A stretch of DNA of 63,196 bases, the filler included, from Rhabdomonas costata (Eukaryota), in the NCBI GenBank assembly GCA_019059605.1. It is 34 parts of 34 records of this genome, joined end to end, with 100 filler letters (N's around TTAATTAATTAA, not from the genome) between each part and the next. Parts side by side here need not be neighbours in the genome. Positions count along the whole stretch, not along the records: positions 13,028 to 14,791 come from JAHMHO010009425.1; positions 14,892 to 16,654 come from JAHMHO010009426.1; positions 16,755 to 18,516 come from JAHMHO010009427.1; positions 18,617 to 20,376 come from JAHMHO010009428.1; positions 20,477 to 22,238 come from JAHMHO010009429.1; positions 22,339 to 24,099 come from JAHMHO010009430.1; positions 24,200 to 25,964 come from JAHMHO010009431.1; 27 more parts are not named here. One strand, written 5' to 3'. Under the pieces are notes generated by a model, which saw nothing but the letters and a program-made list of their open reading frames with translations, was not told where the DNA came from and did not search any database. Numbering within the stretch: position 1 is the first letter of the stretch; each line of letters starts with the position of its first letter. Below are positions 13,181 through 24,766 of this stretch, one piece after another. The position numbers and the translations under genes were made by a program.

Positions 13181-13363
13181 CCCTGGTGTGCTCCCTGCCC
13201 TGGTCGCTGCCCTCGGGATATTCCTACGCTGGTAGCGGGTGTGGCCCGGGGTATGTCAATGCCTCGAGCTGCACCGGACTGTCCTGCGCTTCTGGCTACC
13301 CGGGGGATGTGAGGGTGAGCTGCGACATTACCTATTGGACGTTCACCCTCTGGGGCTGCTCCG
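13181..13363 (+). CDS. 183-nt phase 1-1 exon encoding a 6-Cys Gly/Ser-rich module, inverted relative to the neighbouring gene
   Basis: ttcacag|CC CTG GTG TGC...TGC TCC G|gtgttc; LVCSLPWSLPSGYSYAGSGCGPGYVNASSCTGLSCASGYPGDVRVSCDITYWTFTLWGCS. Confidence 0.8.
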
Positions 13364-13555
13364 GTGTTCACTTCTGTGGTTTTCCTTTGTAGTGGACATT
13401 AAAAAGAAGCTCGTGCAAGTTTTCCCCAGGACGCGAGAGTTTTTATTTTACTTGCCTCCTTTTATTGCGCTGAGCCACCGCAGTGAAAAGACGATCTGCG
13501 AATTCCTTAGCAACTCACCACCCTCATCCACACACTCAAGAACTAATCTCCACAC

Positions 13556-14791
13556 CGCTGGTACACCCCGACAGCACGATGGCTCCCCGGGAAGAGCTGC
13601 ACGTCTTCGTGACGGTGCCGCTGTAGCCCGAGCCGCAGGAGAGCCCGCCACAGCTTCCCGGGGACACGTACCCGTCACAACCGCTGCCCGAGTACGCATA
13701 CCCCGAGGGCAGCGGAAAGGTCAGCGCACAGACCCAATCTGACACAAGCAAAGACTTGGCAAAACCCTAACCCTAAACCCAACTCTTCTGCAATTTCTGT
13801 TTACCGAATCACTTCTTAATTTTTTACACAAATAGCGCCTCTGACAAAAAAAAGAGGGCGGGGGAAACAGCATCCAGATGCCCACCAGCACAGCAGTCCG
13901 TCCACGAGCATGGGGTGCTGGCGCACGATGTCTGGTAGGGCATCAGCGAGAACCCAATGCTGGTGCACGTTGACGAGGCAAAGTTACAGCACAGCTGAGC
14001 TGGAAGAGAATGTGTGTGCGGGGGGGGGGGGGTTCAAACGAGTCGGAATTCAGCCACCAACGAGTAGAAAACGGAATTTACACAAGCAACCGGGTTTAGC
14101 AAGGAAACTAGGTTTGCCCTACAAACCCTCGAAAATCACATGAGCTGACCCCTAGTCAGCTGCTACCCGTCTCAAAAGGAGTGCCCCAGCCTCAGGTGCA
14201 CAATTTTGTGCATTACGGTTTCTCAAATGGGGAGAATCGCATCGGAGGCATCGAAAAACCGGAGAACAACTTCAAGAGTTCTCGATCTGTCCACACACCA
14301 CAGCAACAACGCATCACGCATGAGTTATCCCCAAAATACACGCGCATCACTCTCGAACCAAAAACAGAAACAAGATTCTGCACCAAAGCGTTGAAACAGC
14401 AAAAGGAGACCGCTACAGTTGTTGCTGTAGAAACTGCTGCTGGGCAAAGTTGGAAACATGGCCTGCAAGACGGAGGAGCTGAAGGACACGAAGTTACCGT
14501 ACACGCTGCCACTGCTGATGGTCCCTGTCGAGGACACACTGCCACAGATGGTATTGCTGTAGAAGTAGAGGTAGGAAACACTGCTCAGGAAGTTCAGGGT
14601 GACGCCGGTAGGAAAGGAATTCGAGTTCAGCGAAACTGATGAGAAGGAGCCCGTGGAGCTGGAGAGAGTGATGCTAGGACTGGAGGTTGTGGCGGTCTGC
14701 TGAGACTTGAAGGCTTTGGAGCTGGAGCGGGGCGAGCGAGCGGTAGAGGTGAAGGTTCCCGTCAACTTCATTGCAGACCGCCACACACCAC
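13556..14791 (-). CDS. Modular surface protein: LRR-like Ser-rich exon (14791-14411), small Cys module exon (13999-13886), 6-Cys module exon (13738-13556)
   Basis: Three exons join in phase 1 with GT-AG introns: ...SLNSNSFPTGVTLNFLSSVSYLYFYSNTICGSV...YSNNCS|AQLCCNFASSTCTSIGFSLMPYQTSCASTPCSWTDCCA|DWVCALTFPLPSGYAYSGSGCDGYVSPGSCGGLSCGSGYSGTVTKTCSSSRGAIVLSGCTS. The middle exon is not in the ORF track. Confidence 0.8.
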
Positions 14792-14989
14792 NNNNNNNNN
14801 NNNNNNNNNNNNNNNNNNNNNNNNNNNNNNNNNNNTTAATTAATTAANNNNNNNNNNNNNNNNNNNNNNNNNNNNNNNNNNNNNNNNNNNNGGTTTTGTG
14901 TTAACGCTTCGGCTTCGTCTGCGTTTGCGATGCTCGGTTTTTGTGGTCGTGTTTCTTTCGTTCACCGCTGCACTCCTTCCTCTCCGCAG

Positions 14990-16146
14990 GTGCTGTGCAA
15001 GAACATCAACGTCAACCTGAACGAAATTATTCAGCTGATTTACAAGCACAAGGACAAGTCCAACCTGCCACGCCTGGAGGTGCATCACCTGGAGTGTTAG
15101 GGATCTCGTCTCGTTCTCATCCGGGGCTTCTCGACGGCACGATTTTAATTTTCAATTTGAATTGTAATCAATTTGAATTTTTGAGCTTTTCAGCCCGATT
15201 CAGACTTTCCTTCCTGCTCTCATCGCATCGAACGAAGCCTGATGGACCGTACAAAGCCTGATGGAGCAAAGTTTCAAGAATCAACCGCGGTCTTCGGGGG
15301 CCGGTTTGTTTTTATTGACTTGCAGGCGATCCGAGCAAAGCTGGACACAGCAAACTCCACCGACTTCATGGCCAACAGGGACCCGATTTCCGTTTCCGCT
15401 CCCCACCGGACTGTCCAGGACATGGCACCGTCAAGCTTCGCTCAGTACAACCAGGGTGCGGCAAACCCCTCCTCCCTCCCTCCTCCCTTCCTTCCTTGTT
15501 GTGGCCCTACAATATGGGAGGTTTACACCCCATCAGACCGGATTGCCGAAGATCAGCTAGAAAGATATTCTTTTTCGCTGCTTGGTCTGGTTATCCAAAG
15601 TGGGGTATCCTAAAGTTTAAAGAACAGGAAAGGCTTGCTTTTTATTTTAGCACTGTGATGGTGTTGTGGCATGCTCGTTACATGACTTGCTGCAGAATTG
15701 GTCCACCTGCTACTGGCGTTGGTGCGTTTCTGGCGTTGCCGCGATATCGGCAATGTGATGCGGCGAATGTGAGTGAGTGGTTGGGTAGCTGCATCATTTG
15801 CCTTGATTCCCTCCCGTTGCCAAACCTCCTCTCTTCTGGCTTGAAAACAGCGAGGAGGCCGAATGCAAACCTCAGGCTTCCTTCGCCGCGCGGGACGAAG
15901 ACTACGCACGACTGCGCACACACGTCAGAAAATTGCGGGAAGTGGGGTTTGGGTGTGGGGCAATGGGTTGTCTCCCACACACACACACACACAGGTTTTG
16001 GCGGGTTCACCCCGCAGCCCCCCTCTTCCTCTGCCGCGGCTTCCGCGGATTCCTCTGTGGCTCCGCCTCGGCTCGCCTCCCCTTCGCTCACCCAGGGTGC
16101 CTCAGGGGCACTGGTGCCCGCGGGCTCCACAGCCCCCCTGCCTGCG
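14990..16146 (+). CDS. Three internal exons of an unknown protein (14990-15079, 15326-15455, 15995-16146)
   Basis: GT-AG boundaries with compatible phases: VLCKNINVNLNEIIQLIYKHKDKSNLPRLE|AIRAKLDTANSTDF...QYNQ|GFGGFTPQPPSSS...PLPA. Confidence 0.65.
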
Positions 16147-17055
16147 GTGTTCGGTTTGTGTGTATGCATTTATCCCTGTTATCCTCTGCGAGGTTGCGCC
16201 TTCGCCGCGCACCTCGAGTCTGGTGTTTGCGTTTTCTTTTTTAAATTCGGACGCACAATAGCGGTGCTAGGAAGCTTCCTTCTCGCTTGCGTTCGGTAGG
16301 AGCCGCTGTATTTGCGAACAAGCTGTCCCAGAATCCAAGATGTTCAGGGATGGATCTGAAACATAGCACTCACAGCTCTCAAACTTACCCTTTGTCAAGC
16401 CCAAGGCAACCCAACTCTTACCACTTTAAGGATATTTTCCATATACGCATATTGGCAGTGTACTTAATATTAAAACTTCGTACCACCCCAACCCATAAAT
16501 TCGGTGAGAGGGTGTGACTCATTTGTCTTTTGTGTTTTCCCCTCGCGGGCTGCACACGCGTTTTCTATGCTGTAGCGTAATTTTCTAAATGATACTGAAG
16601 GTGTTTCGCGCGCTTTTGCTCTGTGGCGTGAAACATCTGCAATGTTCAAGCTGANNNNNNNNNNNNNNNNNNNNNNNNNNNNNNNNNNNNNNNNNNNNTT
16701 AATTAATTAANNNNNNNNNNNNNNNNNNNNNNNNNNNNNNNNNNNNNNNNNNNNCTCCCCCTTCAAAAGGAACTTCACACAACAATTGAAGGAAGTCAGA
16801 TCCCATTCGGTCCTGTAAAGTAGTGCTTGCGCTTGTAAATGGACGGGGGTGGTGTTCCAATCGTGGTGCTCGTCAAAAGCGAGCCCTGCCTGTGCCAATG
16901 GTTTAAGGGTCGGTGCATCGGTCCCCAAAGGCCTCAGTGCGTTCAAACATTCAAAAGAAATGACAGCCAATCACCCGCCGCAAAGGTGAGAAAAGATCCT
17001 ACAACCGACTCTGCAGAAACACGAAGAGGCGACCCCCGCCTCCCGAGCCAAAAAC

Positions 17056-17858
17056 CTGGAGTGCTGCTCGGAAACCATCCAGGACTCAAACGCCGACCAC
17101 AGGATGGAGGTCGCGAAGCCCCCCAGCAGGCGCCCCAGCATCAGGATGGGAAAGCTGTTGAAGTGCTTCGTCACGCAGCACAGGGAGTAGATCACCCCGT
17201 AGGTGATGCAGTTCAGCCGGCGGCCGTACTTGTCGGCCAGGGTGCCGGCGAAGGTCCCGAAGATCATGCTGGAGCCAAACCCCGCAATGAACAGCACGCC
17301 GTTCATCGTGCGGTCGAAGCCGTAGTAGGAGTACAGCCGGTACACGGTGGGGCCTTGCAGCCAGTCCCCGGTCATCATGATCAGATACACCACCAAAAAG
17401 ATCAGCTGAGCCCGGGAATAAGGCGCTCCTTCCACCCCACCCTCTCTCCTCCGCTTTTGGGGGCACCACTTTCAGGGCTATAGTGAGATTCGCCAATTCA
17501 CAATTCACCAATGGCGGACTTGGGAAACAGATACAGTGGAAGGTTCAGTTTCAATGGCAGGGCAACTGAAGGCAATTGAAACAGAAGCATCAACGTCATC
17601 CCCGAAGCACACGCCCATTCGTCCGCGTCCGACAAATCCGCATCCCAAAGCGCACCCCCTCTCACCTTCCCTCGTATGTATCTTCTCGCAGCGTCCGGAA
17701 AACGGACCCCCCACCAAGCGCACCTGGAAGCGGCGAAACGAGGGGGAGGTGGCGATCTTCGTCTCGCGGGGCTTGCAGAAGGTCAACAGAAGGAACAGCA
17801 CAGCGGTGCTGGCGAGATACCAGTGGTATATACTCATCTTCGCGATCAGCTCAAGCAT
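17056..17858 (-). CDS. MFSD5: MFS molybdate-anion transporter MFSD5/MOT2 (DUF791), 5' part (exons 17858-17724, 17405-17056)
   Basis: ...SPSFRRFQ|LIFLVVYLIMMTGDWLQGPTVYRLYSYYGF...LFIAGFGSSMIFGT..GTLADKYGRR...GRLLGGFATSILWSAFESWMVSEQ. DWLQGP and SAFESW are family hallmarks; the intron is GT-AG, phase 0. Confidence 0.92.
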
Positions 17859-18616
17859 ATCTTACCGATGTGTTGCTAAGAAATCTCAGGCAGACCGTCT
17901 CCCTCCACCACGTCCGGAAACGAGCGAAAGAAAGGTCAAAAGATCTACGAAGGATTGGGAAAAGGAAAGCAGAAGCGATGGTGTCAAGGAAACGGTCAAG
18001 GAATCTTCGTCACGGTACCCAAGGATGTTGGAACACACGCACACTATGGAGCAGGCTTGGTCGAGACGCATTTCGCTCCTGTGGGTTTGCGTTACTCGAC
18101 GATTACCCCGAAGCCCACAGTGAAGAAACATGTGTGACGCACGGTGCGTCCGTCTCGCATGCGCAAATTCCTTCGCGGAGTATGGGCGTGGCAGTGCCAG
18201 TGGCAATGTTTCCACCGCCTGAAAAGTGCACCTCAAGCAGGTTCCTCTTATTCCATCACAACACAGGGGGATGTGCTCAAAAACATTCCCGGTATAGCCC
18301 TCCCCTCTGCCATCGCACAGAAGTCAATGCTTCGATCGGCATATTTCACATCCAGAGCTGACACTGCGACCAATAAAGTACAGAGTGAGGTTGTACGTCC
18401 ACAAGGTACACGTCGATGGCGGTGGGGGGGGGGGCAACACAGGCACCTGGTTTGCAGCACTCCTCCTGCTGGCACACCGCCGCGGCGCAGAAGACGGAGC
18501 TGAGGTTTGCTTTGGGNNNNNNNNNNNNNNNNNNNNNNNNNNNNNNNNNNNNNNNNNNNNTTAATTAATTAANNNNNNNNNNNNNNNNNNNNNNNNNNNN
18601 NNNNNNNNNNNNNNNN

Positions 18617-18650
18617 TGGTGTGGTGTGGTGTGGTGTGGTGTGGTGTGGT
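18617..18650 (+). repeat. (TGGTG)n pentamer microsatellite at contig start
   Basis: About 7 direct copies of TGGTG. Confidence 0.85.
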
Positions 18651-21253
18651 GGAGTGGGGTAGGGTGTTGTGGTTAGGGTAGTGGGTATTGGGGTGTGGGC
18701 TTGGTGGCGGTGGTCTTGTTCTTGGAGAGGGTTGGTGCGTGTGGAGTTCTTGCGTTGGGGTCATGGTGTGTGTAGTTGGAGGGTGTGGTGGCTCATTGGT
18801 CGGCCTAGGCGGCCTCCACTTCGCACCGTTGGCTACCTTGGGGTTCTCTCTGGCATCATTTTGGTCCCCTGCATCGCCCCTTCACTTCAGTTGACATCTT
18901 GCGTCAGAATTCCGGGTGGGTTTTATTTTCTACGGTTTTATTTTTCGCTTTGGGTATTTGTAAACGGAGTGAGTGGTGGACTGAATATAGTGAAGGACAT
19001 CACGAACGGAGTTGGCATCTTCTTCTAGGGGTTCCTATCGACACATTACGAAGGAATATGGAGCACCACCGAACATCGCGGTGAGAGCGTCGCCGGTAGG
19101 CGGTCTTCTCTATGATTGGTAGCCATCATCCCCCACCCCATCTTTCATCTTCTTCGGAGGGATGGCACTAGCGTCTAGATCCCGACCTCTCAGTAAGTAG
19201 TAGACATTTAGGGAGAATACGACACGCAGTGGAGTATGTGACCTGCCTCTCTTCTTCTTTTGGGGGTATCAGCACATCTATTAGTGGATTATTAGCGGTA
19301 TTCCTACCTTCCATCTTCATACTTTCATACTTGGTGGTGGGTTCCTGGTGTCTGCTATGGGCGGGAGGGTGCCGTTTGTGTGAAGGGTGGGGGTATTGCT
19401 GCAATCAATTGCTGCAATTCAAATGCCCGAATACCGGCCCCAGAAAAGCCCGAGCCCAAGGGGCCAAGGCGGGTGCGCGTTTACGGAGCTTAGGGAGGAA
19501 ATCGTGCAGCGGTGGGAGTTAAATTCGTATTAAATTCGGTACAGTTGAAAGCGTTGAAGAATTCGAGACTTTCGGAGTTGTTCAAAGTCCACTCACGCAC
19601 GATCAGCTCACACGCATTCGGTCTGCGCATACTTCCCAAGGTGTAGTAGGGAAGTTGGGAAGCTGCGCTGCCCCTTGGTGCCTCGTTCGAAGTTTTTTGG
19701 GCAGCTTCTCGCCCCACGCGGCGGAGGGTGTACAGCACCGGCAACGCACTTCTGGTGTCCACGCTATAAAGGGGGGGGGGCTGCTAACAAACCAAACCCA
19801 ATTTTGTCGCTGTAGTATGGCAAATTTATACAGCATCACTTCACTAACTTTTTGCAACTTCTCACACGCTGCCATAAACACTGTAGATTTTTCAAAAAAA
19901 AAATGTAATCATTTTTTACACATACAAAGCTATGCCGATAGCCGATACTATACCGTACTACATTGTATGGAGAGAGGGACTGCGCCGTGGACAATGCGTG
20001 CATGCCCTGAAACTCTCGGCCAACTGGCCTTCCGCTGTCGTGGAGTTGGCTGAGCAGGCCAAGGATACCCGCTACGCTGCGCTGTGCGAGCAATCGGGCT
20101 AGCATACGGTGACACGGTGACCCTTTACTCGAACTTCCACCGCCAACCTTGCCCGCCGGTTGTTTGTCCATTCTTTTGCCTGCTGTTTTTTTACTCTCAG
20201 GGCTGGAGATTAATCTGAAGTTTCGCACGTTCCTCTCCTTTTCCACCACACTCACACATTTATATCTCTCATTCCCTGTGTTCCGGAACCCACCTCGCTC
20301 CTTTTCTCTTCCCGCCCACCATGTCCTCGGAGCCAGATCCTCAGCGGCGGCGCACCGAGAGCCCCCCCAAAGTGGGNNNNNNNNNNNNNNNNNNNNNNNN
20401 NNNNNNNNNNNNNNNNNNNNTTAATTAATTAANNNNNNNNNNNNNNNNNNNNNNNNNNNNNNNNNNNNNNNNNNNNGTGGTGGGTGTGTTTGGGTGGGGG
20501 TGGGTCACTTGGTTTTTTCGCGACTTCTGTCTGCTTGCTTGTTTTTGGTTTAGCTTTCTTTTTTTTTCGAAGTGAACTGCTCACATGGTGTGTCTGCGGA
20601 GGAGATCCGCAGGGATTTGCGAGCTGTGGACTGCGGAAAAGGGCACAATCGGGGAGGGTACCTACCTACCTCTGTTTTTTCTGCATAGCGGAGCCGGTCG
20701 AGGGGGACAACAACACCCATTCACAGGGCAGACGTACTTGTGTAATGTAAAGAGAGACCCAGGAGGTGAGGCCCCGTGGGGCGCAGCCAAACAGGGTGGT
20801 AGCAGTACCCTGTCCAGATGCAGACTGCAGCTATAATCGCCTGGCGGCCTCAAGAGCGAGTAGCCCAGTGATCTGAGCACAACCTTCAGATTTTGTCGAT
20901 AACGAAACTCACATGCTCTCACACGCAGCCCGAATTTGATTATCATTTTGTCGGATAATTGTCGAAACACACACGTATTCAGTCACAAAAAAGGTCAAGG
21001 GAAGATTCCCTTCCAAGCCAACACTGTAACTCCCTCCGTGTGGCACTGCTTTTTGTCAAACTTTTTCTTGCAGTTCTTGCGAGCTTTCTGGTTGCTTTCA
21101 AACTCGCATTACTCTCCTCTGTAAACCACTTCATTACACTGGCTGCATCTTTGTAGCTTGAGGTTGCGTCCTGGGGATCGGGACCGAGTCGCGGGTTTTG
21201 CTCTGGCGGTGGTGGCGGGTGTGGAGGATGCACCCCCTGCCTCCGCTTCGGCT

Positions 21254-21662
21254 ATGCCCGCGCGGTACAGCCTGCGCTGGTTCCTTAGGGTCCTGGGAAC
21301 GGCGTTAGGGGTGGTTGTGGTGGGCCTTGTCGTAGTTGGTTCGGTCCAGGTCAGCAACCCCAGCACAACTCTGGTACTGCCGGAGCGATCTGTGGTGAGT
21401 CGTCATGGCGCTGAACCTGACGCGTCTGGGCGTCCTCAGCCCTTAGCATTACCTCACAGTCGGACAACCTCGGAACAGATCTGGAAGAGAAACCCACTCT
21501 TGCCTCCATCTTCGGCTGGACATGGCCAGCTCTCATCTGGAGCTCCGGTGGATGGTACCCCACCCCCAACTGCGTCTCCTCGGCTTGCTGACGCCGGTGG
21601 CAGCAGTCAAAGTGGTGGTTATGGCCGCTTGGAGGAGCGCCAAGAGCTGGCGTTTGCCGAAG
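21254..21662 (+). CDS. First exon of a probable type II (signal-anchor) membrane protein
   Basis: MPARYSLRWFLRVLGTALGVVVVGLVVVGSV: basic N-terminus, hydrophobic helix and Pro/Ser stem. Candidate donor GAA G|gttggc; the 3' boundary is uncertain. Confidence 0.5.
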
Positions 21663-22441
21663 GTTGGCGTTTGTCTGCTCTTCGGCCTGCTTTTCCATGC
21701 AGCGTTGTGGCTCGCTTCACGCAGCAGGTTCTTTTCCTAACCACAGAAAATGGTGGGTTGCGATTCGCATTGAAATTTCATTTTCGTAGCTAATTCTGTA
21801 GCTGCCGCTGTGACGACCTACCGTGAGTAGTGCATTTCCCAAAACAAGTGCGCTAGTACACAGGGGGCAAGTCTCACACCTCTGAGGAAATTTTACTGCC
21901 TTAGCTTGTAAGAACGTTTGGCGTTGGGTGAAAATTGTTCTTGGGTGTTGTATGTTGTTTCAAGTTTTGTCTTTCTCAGATTTCTGCTCTCTTCGCCTTA
22001 CGTTGGAGCTGGGTGGTAATATCTCCTCGCTCAATATTTCGGTGGGTCTGGGGGCTCAGTGTCAATTTTCCTGCTGGTTTGCAATGTTGGACCGTGTCCA
22101 GTCTGCCTCCGTGTGGCATGGATGCTTAGGTGGGTGGGTATGAGTGTCTTTGGGACTGGGTGTTGCGTCCTGCAGCGGCGGTGCAGTGGCTGGCTGCACA
22201 TCCCTCGGAGCTCGCCCTTCCCGACTACCCCCCCCCCCNNNNNNNNNNNNNNNNNNNNNNNNNNNNNNNNNNNNNNNNNNNNTTAATTAATTAANNNNNN
22301 NNNNNNNNNNNNNNNNNNNNNNNNNNNNNNNNNNNNNNGTTTGTGGTGAAGTGAGGTGAGGAAGTTTTTTCCAGCAGCGTCTGTCATGATTGTTTTTTTG
22401 TCATTATTGTCAGCTATGCATTCTGTTCCTCTCTGGCTTAG

Positions 22442-23557
22442 GTACTTAGTCGAGGAAGCTGAGGTGGACAAGGAGAAAGTCCGGGAGGACGGCTCCTCGG
22501 TGTGCGCTGCCAGCCATTGACGCTCACCCACCCTCATTGTGGTTTGGTATGTGGTGAACGGTGCCATTGCAGTCAAAGAGCAGAGGTGGGTAAAAAGTGA
22601 GCTTTTTCCTTTGGAGACATCCCCCGGTGCAATACACTGGGTGGGTGGGGGGCGTTGAGCCTTTTATGGTGTTAATTGGTGACGCACGAGACTTGGAACC
22701 TGGACAGGTTAAAGGGAGGGCTTTGGTGACCTGGCGATGAAAGTTTTCCCTGGAGATTACACACCAAACTTATTTTAGTGGCGAAGGCCCAGAGCCGGCG
22801 GCAGGGGCAGGGAAGCTGTCTGGGGGTGGCTTACGCACCAATGCGAGCATCAGGGTTTTTGAGTGGGCTGGCCTTCCAGCCTGGTTTCCCACCACACCGT
22901 AACTGCAAACAACCGTTTAGAGACGTTAAAACTTTAAATCCCCCCCCAAAAAAAAATGCTCCGGACCCTTTCTTTGAATTTCATCGGGTGTATAATTCCA
23001 CGGAAGGATTTATTTCTGTCTTCTCAAGGAGGCACCTCCAATGTTTAGGGACCAAGGGATTATTTTTGGGGTGATCGCGTTTACCACGGGGTCTCGTCCG
23101 GAAGTCCCCTTTTTCCGCAACAGGAATGGCATGAAAGGTTCTGCTTTTCCTTCCCATTTCTGTTGTTCTTGTGCACATTATGGCCGTGCAAGGAATACTT
23201 CTGAAACCACCACTTTCAGTGGTTTCTTTTGCGCAAAGATATTCAATCGGCCGGACTCTCCGCGGTTTGGTGCGATCTGCTGTATCCGTTTGATATTTTT
23301 GTAGTGCACAGTCGACGGGACTCACCGTGTGGGCGTCTCGCTTGGCAGTAACGATGACTGTTGTGGGGACGAATGAGTGAGTTAGTGTCGAATATGGGGC
23401 TGGGTACACGGCAGGCCCTGTACGCCGCAGCGGTTAGCGGGCACCTGGACGTCGTGATGTATTTGCACGAGCAGCTTTGCCAGGCTGATCGCCCCCGCAG
23501 CGACGGCTCCAGCCCATTGTTCGCTGCCGCCCACAACGGCCACCTTCACGTGGTCAG
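22442..23557 (+). CDS. Ankyrin-repeat protein (exons 22442-22499, 23415-23557)
   Basis: YLVEEAEVDKEKVREDGSS|ALYAAAVSGHLDVVMYL...RSDGSSPLFAAAHNGHLHVVR; canonical ankyrin consensus; GT-AG intron in phase 0. Confidence 0.9.
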
Positions 23558-24378
23558 GTCCATTTATTTGCGTTTGCCACTGCTGTCTTCCTTTACTCTG
23601 AATTGTGTTTGTATTCAGTGTTTACATATGCCCGCGTGCAAAGAAAAGATACATCTACGAAGAACCTCCCTGTGCTCAAACACGGTTAGCATCAAGGTCA
23701 CTCGTCGTCGTTGATCTCGAAGTGCTTGCAAGTTTGGATGGAGGAAACGAGGGCGGCGGGACTCCAGGCCATGTCAAAAGTGAGAAGTGAGAAATGACGG
23801 CTTATGTCACAACCAAAACATCGGCATGCCTCAGAAAAAGTCACCTGAATTTAGCAGCTTCCAATGCATACAAAACAACTGTGCTGACGTGGTTTACAAA
23901 CTGAGACTTTTTTACTATCCCTAAAACCCCTGGAAGTCCAAAAAGTAACATTTGGGTAACTCTTTTTTTCACTCTCACTTTTCGGGTCACGGGAACGTTC
24001 ACGCCTGTGGAAGTGCGTCGGATGCGACCTCAGCCTTGCACGCCCCTTTCTTTCCGTTCAGGGCCTTCTTGTTCGGCTCGTCACCCTTCCCACAACCCCN
24101 NNNNNNNNNNNNNNNNNNNNNNNNNNNNNNNNNNNNNNNNNNNTTAATTAATTAANNNNNNNNNNNNNNNNNNNNNNNNNNNNNNNNNNNNNNNNNNNNG
24201 TGCATTTAGTAGTGGCCCGCACGTTACTTCCGCAGTAGGGATGTTTTGGGAATTGGGCTGTGGATTTGATTGGTGATGTGGATCAGGCTCTGGAAGTGGA
24301 GTGTTTTTTGGGATTCGACGGAGATGACGATTTTATTTGGCCATGGGGATTTTGAAATGGTTGGTGGCTTGGAGGGTT

Positions 24379-24439
24379 GCCATGATGTGTTTAAAACAAA
24401 CCTATGACCGCTTCATGATGTGGCAACTGCGCTGATGGC
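24379..24439 (+). ncRNA. Candidate box C/D snoRNA (repeated at 24972-25032 and 25566-25626)
   Basis: GCCA-TGATG(C box)-tgtttaaaacaaacct-ATGA(D')-ccgcttca-TGATG(C')-tggcaactgcg-CTGA(D)-TGGC. All four boxes are in order with a GCCA/TGGC terminal stem; 61 nt; identical in all 3 copies. Confidence 0.7.
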
Positions 24440-24683
24440 GGGAGCTTGGGAGAAGCCCAGAGGATCGTGTTTTGAGCTTTGGGCGAGGACTCAGGCTGTT
24501 TTAGTTTTTGCCCGTGATGGGATGCGGTCGCTGTTGGAACGAGCAGCTTTTCTGATGCCGCTGATCATTTTTCTCTTCCAGGAAGCGATGCGAGTTGCTC
24601 CTCTTTTGTTTGGTGAGCAAGCGCTTTGTTGTGGTCAGGATTTGCACGATGGATCTAAATTTGACCCCACCCCACCTTCCTCC

Positions 24684-24766
24684 CGTTCCGCCCTGTCTCC
24701 GCACCGCTTTCGGGTTGTGGGGCACAGTCCGCCAGAACGATGCGGTATGGCGGAAGCGCGAGAAAT
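24684..24766 (+). ncRNA. Candidate single-hairpin AGA-box (H/ACA-like) pseudouridylation guide RNA (one per repeat unit)
   Basis: Lower stem TTCCGCC/GGCGGAA, internal pocket CTGYCT/TAT, upper stem CCGCA/TGCGG, apical GGGTTGTG/CACAGTCC. AGA at 24761-24763 lies 15 nt from the base of the upper stem. Confidence 0.5.

Noticed and set aside
13765-13776. Telomere-like (CCCTAA)2 next to the inverted exon pair
   Set aside because: Only two units, internal to an intron; compatible with chance.
17536-18361. Long plus-strand ORFs (195 and 261 aa)
   Set aside because: They are antisense shadows of the MFSD5 gene and its upstream region, with no domain signal.
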